The notes: generated by a model from the sequence alone, not told the origin. A stretch of 64,000 nt of DNA from Candidatus Ozemobacteraceae bacterium (GCA_965140445.1 OZ223236.1:4928001-4992000); one strand, 5' to 3'. Positions 37,208 through 47,024 are shown, counted from the first letter of the stretch. Numbers and translations: made by a program.

Positions 37208-38324
37208 TGTTCAATCCTTGTATGTTTGTATTGCGACGATAACACATAACAACCCAGTCTCCTGCAATGTAGTTATGCAAATGCTCTGTCTGTAGATCGT
37301 AAAGCGGTCCCTGATAATCCTCAAACTCAACAGAGGCCACAGTATCTTCAATAATATCGCCTTTTTTCCCTACTATGGGGACCAGCATTCCAACCTTCAA
37401 ATGTGAGGCTGGAAGAATGTAAAATGGTGTTTTTTTGGTCAGCTGGATTTTTTTTACAATTTCAAGGCTATCAAGATGAGATAAAGTTCTCACAAATAGC
37501 TCTGCTTCATCAAGGTCTTCTCTTGTAATTTCAAGATACCAAAGACCATGCTTTCCTTGCTTTCGTTTAAACTGCTTGTGTTCAGCGCGGTTTTGCTCCA
37601 TTGAGCCATCAATTTGAATAAGGTGGGAATATCTTCCTGAACCCCGCGTTTTTTCAGGACCACCAAAAATTACAAATTGGATTGCACTGCTTACCGGGTT
37701 AGCAGAATTGGCAAGGCGCATTGTAATATGCGGATGTTCAAAAAACATATGCCAATCCTGAAGCAATTGATGAGCACGAGAAGGAGTATCAATCTGATTG
37801 AATAATTCTTTTATAAGATCCTCGGATAAATCTGAATCAGAATGCTTTGCTGAAAACGGGATATTTGGTAAACCGTATTTAAATGTGCTGAACTTCTCCA
37901 TAAACGTGGCGTTTGGGAGGTTTCCGGTAGTTTCAATTATCCAGATTTTATCAATAATTTCCTGGGTTCCAAATGCGTCAGCCCTCATACTATTTACAGC
38001 CATTAATTCGCGCATTAAATCAGAAGAAACCCCAACACGAAACCCCATTGTCGATCTTTCATGGAGATACAATGAATAGTTTCTGACCAGCGGATTGATG
38101 CGACCAAAGCACAGTTGATCCGGAGAACAACGCAAAACATTTCCTCTGGCAGTAGTAAGCTTTATCAGAGGATCTTTATGATCATAATTCACAAAAATAT
38201 CTTTAACTTTTGTCGTATTAATCTCACTCCAACCAGAAGCTCCCGTCACAACAGCCTCTTCTCGGATGTCAGTGATGGGCTTAAATTCGTTGCCACATTG
38301 TATTCGCGCGTTAGCTGGAAGCAT
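37200..38324 (-). CDS. Free-standing intein-like (Hint domain) protein with splicing residues replaced
   Basis: Block A-like MLPANARI..KPITDI; block B-like LIKLTTARGNVLRCSPDQ; PASHLKVGM; block F/G-like YQGPLYDLQTEHLHNYIAGDWVVMC. Confidence 0.8.
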   Translation of the reverse strand: MLPANARIQCGNEFKPITDIREEAVVTGASGWSEINTTKVKDIFVNYDHKDPLIKLTTARGNVLRCSPDQLCFGRINPLVRNYSLYLHERSTMGFRVGVSSDLMRELMAVNSMRADAFGTQEIIDKIWIIETTGNLPNATFMEKFSTFKYGLPNIPFSAKHSDSDLSEDLIKELFNQIDTPSRAHQLLQDWHMFFEHPHITMRLANSANPVSSAIQFVIFGGPEKTRGSGRYSHLIQIDGSMEQNRAEHKQFKRKQGKHGLWYLEITREDLDEAELFVRTLSHLDSLEIVKKIQLTKKTPFYILPASHLKVGMLVPIVGKKGDIIEDTVASVEFEDYQGPLYDLQTEHLHNYIAGDWVVMCYRRNTNIQGLNSD

Positions 38325-38617
38325 CAGTTTCCTTTCTTAACAACCATACCCAGGAAAATCAAAGTCAAAGCTATCATTTGGCACTTTTTCGGTAAAGTCT
38401 TGTGCCACAGTAGGTAAATGTATCCAATTGCCAAATAAATCGTAAGCCATTAAACCAAAGTTTACAATCTGCTTGGCCCCGGCAAAACGAATAACTTCTT
38501 TACTGTTTTTGAACATTAACTTATTCCTGCAATGCTTGTTTAGTATGTTTCAAGGGTACACATATTTTACTTCGAAAACAATCAATTTCAGAGTAAATTA
38601 GAAAAAACACTTTTTGT

Positions 38618-38646
38618 TTGACTTTGACATCCCACCGCATTAAGCT
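38618..38646 (+). promoter_or_regulatory. Sigma70 promoter of pfkB-family gene
   Basis: TTGACT-17 bp-TAAGCT. Confidence 0.55.
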
Positions 38647-38678
38647 TTGCAGCATAAAATCCCTACCAGGAAGAAGCA

Positions 38679-39662
38679 ATGAGTCAGGAAAACACAAGAA
38701 AATATCAAATAACAGCCATTTCCGATGCTTTAACAGACATTATAGTTGAAGTAGATGACGTTGTCCTGGAAAGGTTAGATCTGCCTAAGGGTAACAGTAT
38801 AGAACTTAACGATCAGAACTTAGGAAAGCTTGAAAACATAGTTCAGACCCACCAAACCACAGTCACTCCTGGTGGTTCACCAACAAATGTAATTTATGGT
38901 GCAAGCAATTTAGGTTTACGTTGCGCTTTTATTGGATGTGTTGGTAGCGATGATTTTGGCTACGATTACATCAACAACCTTCGCGAAAACGATATTGATA
39001 CCTATGTTTCGATAAAAAGAGGGAACTCTGGTCTGTGTTATACGCTAATAAGTCCAGACGGGCAAAGAACCTTTGGGCTTGATTTTGGAGTTGCCAAGCA
39101 ACTTTATGAGTATGAGATTTTACATACTTTGATTAAAGATTCTGATTATCTCCATTTCTCTGCATATGAATTCCGCGGAGAAAATCCGATCAACTTTGCT
39201 ACCCGTCACGCTTGTGAGATAGCCAGGAAACATGGAACAAAAATTTCATTTGATCTGGGCGACAGCTTCGTAATCGATAGTTCCAGGGAACAAATTGAAG
39301 CCTTTTTAAATCAAAAGGTTGATATTCTATTTGCAAATGAGGACGAAGCAAAGGCTTTGAGCGGAGATGATTTTAACAATCTTCTAAAATACTCCGATTT
39401 ATCAATTGTAAAGTTGGGTGCTGAAGGAGCGCTTGCAATAACCCCAGAGGGGCAATTAAAAAGCAATGCCTATGTTGTTGAAGATGTAAGAGACACAAAC
39501 GGAGCCGGCGACAACTTTCAAGCCGGTTTCTTTTATGGAATATCCAAAGGCCTTCCACTAAAAGACTGCATGCGAATCGGCAACTTTTTGGCCGCTAACA
39601 TAATCAGGAGAATTGGCGCACAATCACAGGTAAAAATTTGCGGAATAGAGTTTATTATCTAG
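38679..39662 (+). CDS. PfkB family nucleoside (adenosine/inosine-like) kinase
   Basis: PGGSPTN, GCVGSDDFG, FANEDEA, DTNGAGDNF. Confidence 0.9.
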   Translation: MSQENTRKYQITAISDALTDIIVEVDDVVLERLDLPKGNSIELNDQNLGKLENIVQTHQTTVTPGGSPTNVIYGASNLGLRCAFIGCVGSDDFGYDYINNLRENDIDTYVSIKRGNSGLCYTLISPDGQRTFGLDFGVAKQLYEYEILHTLIKDSDYLHFSAYEFRGENPINFATRHACEIARKHGTKISFDLGDSFVIDSSREQIEAFLNQKVDILFANEDEAKALSGDDFNNLLKYSDLSIVKLGAEGALAITPEGQLKSNAYVVEDVRDTNGAGDNFQAGFFYGISKGLPLKDCMRIGNFLAANIIRRIGAQSQVKICGIEFII

Positions 39663-40167
39663 CGGCAGCCTCTCCAATGGTTTTTGCATAAAGATAAGCA
39701 TCATGATATTTTTCAAATATTTTTAAAGCTTTTCTCATAACGCCTTCTTTTTCATAACCTGCCTTCTGGGCTACTCTTTCACTTCCTGAGTTCTCAACGG
39801 CCATGACAATTTCTATTCGCGAAATTTTAGGCAATTTTTCACATATAAATTTTTCTACAAGTCCTACTGCTTCAACAGCGATTCCTTTACCCCAAAAGTC
39901 CTTTGAAATAAAATATCCGATCTCAACTACGTAATCCCGAGCCGAATGGAAAAAGAAACCAATTCCCCCGACCAGGACTTCATCAGCAAGAATCGAGAAA
40001 TTATAAGATTTCCCTTCATCCCAATTTTTCCTGCTTAGGCGCAAAAAATTTCGCTCAAAGCCTACAGTAGGAACTCTTACCGGGAAATATTTAAATTCTT
40101 CGCAATTTATGATTTTAAAAAATGCCGAAGCATCTTTGATCATCTGTCTACGAATTCTGACTTTCAT
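39655..40167 (-). CDS. RimJ/RimL-type GNAT acetyltransferase
   Basis: EIGYFISKDFWGKGIA, ENSGSERVAQKAGYEKEG. Confidence 0.9.
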   Translation of the reverse strand: MKVRIRRQMIKDASAFFKIINCEEFKYFPVRVPTVGFERNFLRLSRKNWDEGKSYNFSILADEVLVGGIGFFFHSARDYVVEIGYFISKDFWGKGIAVEAVGLVEKFICEKLPKISRIEIVMAVENSGSERVAQKAGYEKEGVMRKALKIFEKYHDAYLYAKTIGEAAAR

Positions 40168-42460
40168 CCATTTTCTTCTCCATATCTAAAATTGCTCTAA
40201 TTCTTCCCAGTAGATCACTACTTCGATATGGCTTTGCAAGAAAAGTTCCATTAAAATTACTAAAGAATTTTGTATCAAGAATTTCTTCGTGGTAACCACT
40301 ACAAAAAACTACTGGAATATTTGGAGCATATTTTTTTATTTCTTCATAGGCTACTTTACCTGTCTGGCCTGGCATAATGATATCAAATACAAGAATGTCA
40401 ATTTCATCCTGGTGCTCAACAAATTTTTCAACTGCTTCTGTACCGTCAACAGCAAAAATCACTTCATATCCGCTTTTGCGGAGCATTCTTCCAGCGAAGT
40501 TCCTTACCAATTCTGAATCTTCAGCCAAAAGTACGGTTTCTGTCCCTTCAAAGGCTTCAATAGCTTCTTCATCAGTTCTTGCTCTCAGCTCTGAAGTTAG
40601 CTGACTGACAGGCAAATAAACATCAAACTGAGCTCCACCAAATCTAGATTCCTCTATATGAACAAATCCGTTGTGCTTATTGGCAACACTATAGACAATC
40701 GCCAAACCAAGCCCAGTACCTTTTCCAACTTCTTTGGTGGTAAAAAACGGATCAAAAACTTTACTTCTTTTATCTTTTTCAATTCCAGGTCCGTCATCTT
40801 CAATGCTAATTTTGACATACTTGCCAGGCTTGGCCCAAGAATTTTCTATACAAAAGCTTTCAACAAATTCCACGCTTTGGGTTGAAATGATTACCTTCCC
40901 GTTACCCTCAATGGCATCTCTGGAATTAACTATTAAGTTAATTATAATCTGCTCAAGCTGTCCCTTATCAGCACTTACATAGGGTAAACCATCAGCCAAT
41001 TCTTTTTGAAGCTCAACCCCTCCCCCAATAATCCTGGAAACCATTTTTAAAGCACTATTTAACTCTGAATTTACATTCAAATTTTCTCTGATTTCATGAG
41101 ACATTCGACTGAAGGTCATTAATTGGCTAACCAACGCCTGGGATTTTTGGGCGGCTTCAAGTAAAAGTCCGATGCAGTCGTAATTTTCATCTGCTTCATC
41201 AACAGAAAACTTTATCATTTCGGCGTATCCAATAATAGCCTGGAGCATATTATTGAAGTCATGAGCTATTCCGCCTGCAAGGAGTCCAACCGCCTCAAGC
41301 TTTTGAGATTGCTGAAGAGCAGATTCTTTGTTCTTCATCTCCGTAATGTCTTCAACAATTCCCACCATGCTACTACCAATTCCAGTTGAACTTCTTTCAA
41401 GAATCTTGCCAATAACGTGGAACCATCTTAATTTACCGTGCAAGAATCGAATCCTGAAGTCTGAAACAAACTCATCTGATGATCCTGCAATATATTTAGC
41501 AAGCTTTTGCATAACTTCATCGCGATCGTCATTGTGAATACATCTTTTAAAAAGTTTTATGCCAAGCTTCTTACTTTCAAAGTTTTTCCAGTCTTCCATC
41601 TTTGTCTGGAGAAACTCTATAGTTTCGGCTTTTAAATCCCATCTAAAAACCGTTATCTTTCCTGTTTTAAGCGCGAGCATTAATTGTTGACGATTTTTAA
41701 TCAACTCGGTGTTTGCACTGTTTAGTTCTGAAGTCCTTTTAGCAACTTCATCCTCTAATTTATTTTTACTTTCTTGTAAATGTTCGTTGGTGTTGGTGAG
41801 CCTTCTCATTGTGTGAAAAAGAAGAGAAAAAATCGGAAAAACAAGCAGCAGGAAAAACAAAGATGCAAGAAAAGAGTCAAAATAGCTTTCTCGAATCACA
41901 TTCTCAATATCTTCCTGTAAACAGTCGGCGCATAACAAGTATTTAGACCCATTTGGGGAAGTTGCTGGAATTGCAACAGAACGGAATTTTCCCCATCGAT
42001 CTCCATAAGTATGATAAGAAACTTTTTGTTCTAAATAAGCCTTTTTAAAACCTTCTGGAATGCTTTCATACGGGTAAAAATACCAGCGCTTTCTTTGCTT
42101 AGACTCTTCTGGTGTAACTGTTGGAGCTGAAAAATAATAAACACCGTCTCTTTCTATTAACGTGTATACATATGGCAGACCGACATCTTTACTAAACTGG
42201 TAGAATTCCTGCCTATGCTTCATCTCTTCATCAAAATCAATGCTATCTGAAGCCACAACCCTGTCATGAAAGTCTTCAGGCAATATATATTTCAAGGCTA
42301 CTGCTGCGACGTACAATCTTGAATCTAAATTTTTCAAGTAATCTTGTTCAACACCAAGACTTCTGAAATAAACAAAAGCTACCAAGCCAGAAACATATAT
42401 GCATACGCTTAAAAGCATGGCTAAGTATCTTCTATCGATATTTATTTTGTTCTCACTCAT
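40148..42460 (-). CDS. Hybrid sensor histidine kinase (periplasmic sensor, PAS, HisKA, HATPase, REC)
   Basis: Two TM helices; IHNDDR PAS; LAGGIAHDFNN; FFTTKEVGKGTGLGL; VLLAED..FDIIMP. Confidence 0.92.
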   Translation of the reverse strand: MSENKINIDRRYLAMLLSVCIYVSGLVAFVYFRSLGVEQDYLKNLDSRLYVAAVALKYILPEDFHDRVVASDSIDFDEEMKHRQEFYQFSKDVGLPYVYTLIERDGVYYFSAPTVTPEESKQRKRWYFYPYESIPEGFKKAYLEQKVSYHTYGDRWGKFRSVAIPATSPNGSKYLLCADCLQEDIENVIRESYFDSFLASLFFLLLVFPIFSLLFHTMRRLTNTNEHLQESKNKLEDEVAKRTSELNSANTELIKNRQQLMLALKTGKITVFRWDLKAETIEFLQTKMEDWKNFESKKLGIKLFKRCIHNDDRDEVMQKLAKYIAGSSDEFVSDFRIRFLHGKLRWFHVIGKILERSSTGIGSSMVGIVEDITEMKNKESALQQSQKLEAVGLLAGGIAHDFNNMLQAIIGYAEMIKFSVDEADENYDCIGLLLEAAQKSQALVSQLMTFSRMSHEIRENLNVNSELNSALKMVSRIIGGGVELQKELADGLPYVSADKGQLEQIIINLIVNSRDAIEGNGKVIISTQSVEFVESFCIENSWAKPGKYVKISIEDDGPGIEKDKRSKVFDPFFTTKEVGKGTGLGLAIVYSVANKHNGFVHIEESRFGGAQFDVYLPVSQLTSELRARTDEEAIEAFEGTETVLLAEDSELVRNFAGRMLRKSGYEVIFAVDGTEAVEKFVEHQDEIDILVFDIIMPGQTGKVAYEEIKKYAPNIPVVFCSGYHEEILDTKFFSNFNGTFLAKPYRSSDLLGRIRAILDMEKKMDESQNS

Positions 42461-42499
42461 TACTAATTTAATTCTAACAAAAAACCCGGCAAACAAAGG

Positions 42500-42533
42500 A
42501 AAAAAAAACTGCCGCATTTCTGCGGCAGTTTTT
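42500..42533 (-). terminator. nifJ terminator
   Basis: AAAAACTGCCGCA-N4-TGCGGCAGTTTTT with long T-tract on minus strand. Confidence 0.85.
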
Positions 42534-42543
42534 ATAGAAAAAT

Positions 42544-45500
42544 CTATTGCAAAGTTAAGTCTGCAAGCTGTTTGTAGATGTGATATCTAAGCTTAACATC
42601 TTTCTGAGCAAGTTCAATAAGCGCTTTTGATGCATCTGGATTTGACTTGAGAAGCATTTTATAGCGATTTTCGCCATAAACATAGTCTTCAAGAGGAAGA
42701 CTAGGCTCTTTGGAATCCAATGAAAGTGGGTTTTTGCCTTCAACAACGTTTTCAGGGTTGAATCTGAGAAGAGGCCAATGTCCACTGTTAACAGCTTTCT
42801 TCTGTTCATCAAGGCCTTTACCCATATCGATGCCATGTGCAATACAATGGCTATAAGCAATAACCAAAGCTGGGCCATCATAGTTCATAGCTTCTGTGAT
42901 AGCTTTGAGAGCCTGTGCAGGGTTAGCTCCAAGACTGATCTTAGCTACATAAATGTTGCCATAAGTCATGGCGATCATGCCGAGATCTTTCTTTGGAAGT
43001 GGTTTTCCGCCAGCAGCAAACTTAGCAACAGCTCCAAGAGGAGTTGCTTTACTCATTTGTCCACCTGTGTTTGAGTAAACTTCAGTGTCCATAACAAGTA
43101 CTTTTACATTTTTACCAGAAGCGAGAACGTGATCAAGTCCGCCGTATCCGATGTCATAAGCCCATCCGTCTCCACCAACGATCCAGATAGTTCTCTTTAC
43201 AAGATACTGGGCCATTTTTTCGAGGCGTTTGCAAATAGCATCGTCACAGTTTTTGATTGTTTCAAGAAGCTTATCAACGTTTTCACGCTGAGTTTCAATT
43301 TCTTCCTGAGTCTTTTGAGGGTTGCTCTTGAGAGCTTCTGCCAGTTCTTTTAAACCAGCGGAACAACTACAACCACAGCCAACTGCTTTATCGAGGAGCT
43401 CAAAAGCTTCAGCAAGATGCTTGTCTGTTGCAAGCCTCATTCCAAGACCGAATTCAGCATTGTCTTCGAACAAGCTGTTTGACCATGCTGGTCCACGACC
43501 ATCTTCTCTCTGACAATATGGAGTTGTTGGAAGGTTTCCACCATAGATTGAAGAACAACCAGTTGCGTTGGCAATCATAAGTCTGTCACCGCAAAGTTGT
43601 GTAATAAGCTTAATGTAAGCTGTTTCACCACAACCAGCACAAGCACCTGAGAATTCAATCAAAGGTTTAACCATCTGGCTACCTTTAATGGTTGAAATAT
43701 TAATGAGAGAGCGTTTTGGATCTGGGATTTCATTAAGGAAGAAATTCCAGTTCTTTGCTTCACGCTGACGCATAGCTTCATCTTTATGAACAAGATTGAT
43801 TGCTCTGGTTTCAAGTTTTTTACCTTCTGCATCTTTCTGGAAAGCTGGACACATGCTTACACATGCTCCACAACCAGTACAATCTTCTGGTGCAACTTGA
43901 ATGGTGAAACCAAGCTCTTCTTTATAACCTTTGCCTTTGCATGATTTAAAGCCTTCTGGAGCTTTTTCAGCAATTGCAGGATCATATACTTTTGTTCTAA
44001 TAGCAGCATGAGGACAAACAAGAGAACACATACCACACTGGATACAAGTTTCTTTATCCCATTCCGGCATATAGAGACCAACATTTCTTTTTTCATATTG
44101 GCTTGTGCTTAAAGGGAAAGTTCCATCTTCTGGCATCTGACCAACAGTAATATCATCACCTTTTCCGGCAAGAATTGGCTCAAGAACTTCTTTTACAAAC
44201 TTAGGAGCAACTTCAACTGTCATAGCCTTCTTGATTTCGAAGTCTGCAGATACTGAAGCAGGAACAGAAACTTCTACAAGATTTTCTCTGGCAACATCAA
44301 CTGCTTTGCAGTTCATGTTAACAACATCTTCGCCCTTTTTGCCGTAAGTTTTCTTAACAGCTTTTTTAAGTGCTTCAACATATTTTTCAGTTGGAAGAAT
44401 CTTTGAGATTTCAAAGAAACAAGTCTGCATGAAAATGTTGATGCGATTTCCAAGTCCAATTTCTTCTGCAAGACGAGTTGCATCAATGATATAGAATTTG
44501 GCTTTTTTATCGATAAGACGTTTCTGAGTTTCTTTTGGAAGCTTTGCCCAAACTTCGTCTTTGCTGTATTCAGTCTGAAGGAGGAAAGTTCCGCCAGTTT
44601 TCAGGCTCTTAAGCATGTCATATTTTTCAATGAAAGAGAAATTATGGCAAGCCACGAAATCTGCATGAGCAATAAGATAAGGGCAACGAAGTTCTTTTTG
44701 CCCAAATCTAAGATGAGAGATTGTCATGCTTCCTGATTTTTTTGAATCATATACGAAGTAGCCTTGAGCAAAGTTATCAGTATCATCACCGATAATTTTA
44801 ATAGCATCTTTATTTGCGCCAACAGTTCCATCTGATCCAAGTCCGTAGAACATTGCCGAGAAAGTAGATGAATGAGCAGTATTTACGCTTTCGCCTAATT
44901 CAAGATGAGTTTTTGTAAGATCGTCAATAATACCAACTGTGAAATGGTTCTTTGGAAGATCTTTTTTGAGGTTTTCAAAAATGGCTACAACTTGATTTGG
45001 TGTAAAGTCTTTTGAACCTAAACCATAACGACCGCCAACAACTTTTGGCCAATTTGTGAAAGGAGCTTCTTTTCTTTCGAGAGCTTCGCCAACACTATTT
45101 CTGACGTCAAGATAAAGAGGTTCGCCAGCACAACCAGGCTCTTTAGTTCTATCAAGAACAGAGATGGCTTTAACTGTTTTCGGGAAAGCTTTAACCAGGG
45201 CTTCAGGGCTAAATGGGCGATAAAGTCTAACTTTAATTAAACCAACTTTTTCGCCTTTTTCATTCATGTAATCAACAACTTCATGAACGGTTTCAGCGCC
45301 GCTACCCATGATAACGATTACGCGTTCTGCATCTTCAGCTCCGACATAATCAAATAGCTTATATTGTCTGCCAGTAAGTTTGGCAAATTTATCCATTGTT
45401 TTTTGAACAATAGCAGGAGTTTTATCGTAGAAAGGATTAACTGTTTCTCTACCCTGGAAATAAACATCAGGATTCTGAGCAGTACCACGCATTGATGGTT

Positions 45501-46137
45501 TATCTGGATTTAATCCTCTTGCGTGATGAGCAAATACCAATTCGTCATCAATCATTTCTTTGATAGTTTCATCTTCAAGAACTTCAATCTTGTTAATTTC
45601 ATGAGAAGTTCTAAAGCCATCGAAGAAATGGATAAAAGGAATTCTGCTTTCAAGGGTGGCTTGCTGGGTAATCAAAGCCATGTCCATAACTTCCTGAACA
45701 GTGCCCGAAGCTAACAAAGCAAAACCAGTCTGTCTGGTAGCCATAACATCACTATGGTCACCAAAAATAGAAAGTGCCTGACAAGCTATCGATCTAGCTG
45801 ATACGTGAAAAACAGTTGATGTAAGTTCGCCAGCGAGCTTATACATATTAGGGATCATCAACAAAAGACCCTGTGAAGCTGTAAAAGTTGTAGTCAAAGC
45901 TCCGGCTGTTAATGAACCATGGACTGCTCCAGCGGCTCCGCCTTCTGACTGCATTTCACAAACGTCTGGAACAGTTCCCCATACATTTGTCTGGCCAAGT
46001 GCAGACCAAGCATCCGCGTATTCGCCCATACCGCTCGATGGTGTAATTGGATAAATGGCGATAACTTCATTGGTTCTATGAGCTACATGAGCTGCAGCCT
46101 GGTTACCGTCCATCATGGCATAAGTTTTGTTAGACAC
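42544..46137 (-). CDS. nifJ: Pyruvate:ferredoxin (flavodoxin) oxidoreductase, homodimeric type
   Basis: YPITPSS, QSEGGAAG, GSDGTVGANK, two CxxCxxCxxxCP clusters, FSGACAGCGET, GGDGWAYDIG. Confidence 0.97.
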   Translation of the reverse strand: MSNKTYAMMDGNQAAAHVAHRTNEVIAIYPITPSSGMGEYADAWSALGQTNVWGTVPDVCEMQSEGGAAGAVHGSLTAGALTTTFTASQGLLLMIPNMYKLAGELTSTVFHVSARSIACQALSIFGDHSDVMATRQTGFALLASGTVQEVMDMALITQQATLESRIPFIHFFDGFRTSHEINKIEVLEDETIKEMIDDELVFAHHARGLNPDKPSMRGTAQNPDVYFQGRETVNPFYDKTPAIVQKTMDKFAKLTGRQYKLFDYVGAEDAERVIVIMGSGAETVHEVVDYMNEKGEKVGLIKVRLYRPFSPEALVKAFPKTVKAISVLDRTKEPGCAGEPLYLDVRNSVGEALERKEAPFTNWPKVVGGRYGLGSKDFTPNQVVAIFENLKKDLPKNHFTVGIIDDLTKTHLELGESVNTAHSSTFSAMFYGLGSDGTVGANKDAIKIIGDDTDNFAQGYFVYDSKKSGSMTISHLRFGQKELRCPYLIAHADFVACHNFSFIEKYDMLKSLKTGGTFLLQTEYSKDEVWAKLPKETQKRLIDKKAKFYIIDATRLAEEIGLGNRINIFMQTCFFEISKILPTEKYVEALKKAVKKTYGKKGEDVVNMNCKAVDVARENLVEVSVPASVSADFEIKKAMTVEVAPKFVKEVLEPILAGKGDDITVGQMPEDGTFPLSTSQYEKRNVGLYMPEWDKETCIQCGMCSLVCPHAAIRTKVYDPAIAEKAPEGFKSCKGKGYKEELGFTIQVAPEDCTGCGACVSMCPAFQKDAEGKKLETRAINLVHKDEAMRQREAKNWNFFLNEIPDPKRSLINISTIKGSQMVKPLIEFSGACAGCGETAYIKLITQLCGDRLMIANATGCSSIYGGNLPTTPYCQREDGRGPAWSNSLFEDNAEFGLGMRLATDKHLAEAFELLDKAVGCGCSCSAGLKELAEALKSNPQKTQEEIETQRENVDKLLETIKNCDDAICKRLEKMAQYLVKRTIWIVGGDGWAYDIGYGGLDHVLASGKNVKVLVMDTEVYSNTGGQMSKATPLGAVAKFAAGGKPLPKKDLGMIAMTYGNIYVAKISLGANPAQALKAITEAMNYDGPALVIAYSHCIAHGIDMGKGLDEQKKAVNSGHWPLLRFNPENVVEGKNPLSLDSKEPSLPLEDYVYGENRYKMLLKSNPDASKALIELAQKDVKLRYHIYKQLADLTLQ

Positions 46138-46197
46138 TATTGCCCTCCTGCTATGAAATTTACCGAAAAAGTTCGGTTATATCTTTAAGGCATGGTG

Positions 46198-46226
46198 ATT
46201 TTATTCTAGAATCGCAAACAAGTCAA
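46198..46226 (-). promoter_or_regulatory. Sigma70 promoter of nifJ
   Basis: TTGACT-17 bp-TAAAAT. Confidence 0.7.
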
Positions 46227-46315
46227 CCTGAGAATAAAGCAGACAAAGTGTCAACAAAAGCGCTTCCAATAAGGCTGTAGGCCATCTTTTTCATTAAAAG
46301 AAAGTGAAAATTAGC

Positions 46316-46957
46316 TCAAGTTTTTTCTGAAATTGGAAAAATAGATGGAAATTCATCTTCACCTAAGCCTGCAATAGCTTTTTCAAGCATTTGTAAGTCG
46401 CTTTTAACTCGCTCAAAACTTAACTGCCCATTATTAAAAATAAATGGACAGGCTGAGATCATTTTTACAGAAACAATTTTTGGAATTATACCTTTAGCAA
46501 GACACTCATTGGATCCACAAATAGCAGCTGGCAGATAAATAAATTCATCACTTTCCATTTTTTCAATCAATTCACACAACTTCTTAAAAATCAGGTCTGT
46601 TTGATTTACCCCATCTTTTGGCAATAAAAAAACAACCGAGCTTTTAGAAAAAATTAGCTGGCGGGCGTTGTCTATAAAATTTTTATCTGAAATGCGTATA
46701 CATGCCAGGGATTTTATGTGAGCCCTAAAAAAGCTTTGATCAAACCATTTATCATCAAGTGCAAAAGTTATATCACCGTTAAAAATACTGCGAACAAGAA
46801 GAATATCAACAGGACTTTCCGAAGAAATAACAATTAATGATCCTTTATTTCCAGACAAATCACTTTCCCCAAAAAAACGAAATTCTGGAAAAAGGACACG
46901 CACCCAAAAGTTACTTAATTTTTTGAAAAAAAATTTTGAAATAATGCTGCTTTTCAT
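46316..46957 (-). CDS. Degenerate PlsC-like acyltransferase-fold protein
   Basis: SLIVISSESPVD (block I without His), VVFLLPKDG (FPEG-like), YLPAAICGS. Confidence 0.5.
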   Translation of the reverse strand: MKSSIISKFFFKKLSNFWVRVLFPEFRFFGESDLSGNKGSLIVISSESPVDILLVRSIFNGDITFALDDKWFDQSFFRAHIKSLACIRISDKNFIDNARQLIFSKSSVVFLLPKDGVNQTDLIFKKLCELIEKMESDEFIYLPAAICGSNECLAKGIIPKIVSVKMISACPFIFNNGQLSFERVKSDLQMLEKAIAGLGEDEFPSIFPISEKT

Positions 46958-46970
46958 CTCTAACCTCTAG

Positions 46971-47000
46971 AAAAGAAAGCCGCCTGAAAAATCAGGCGGC
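46971..47000 (-). terminator. Terminator of floA operon
   Basis: GCCGCCTGA-TTTT-TCAGGCGGC-TTTCTTTT. Confidence 0.75.
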
Positions 47001-47024
47001 CAGCTTGTTTCTGTAAAACCCTCT

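Noticed and set aside
37195..37225. Frameshift or sequencing error that would fuse the Hint ORF to pcrA
   Set aside because: pcrA has its own SD (AAGGA, 7 nt before GTG) and a normal N-terminus, and there is no slippery run. A short overlap is typical of translational coupling.
37200..38324. Active or split intein
   Set aside because: Both N- and C-terminal blocks are in one ORF, there are no exteins, and Cys1, the block B His and the terminal Asn are all missing.
38379..38407. TGGCAC motifs as sigma54 promoters in the Hint/pfkB intergenic region
   Set aside because: Neither has the -12 TTGC at the required spacing.
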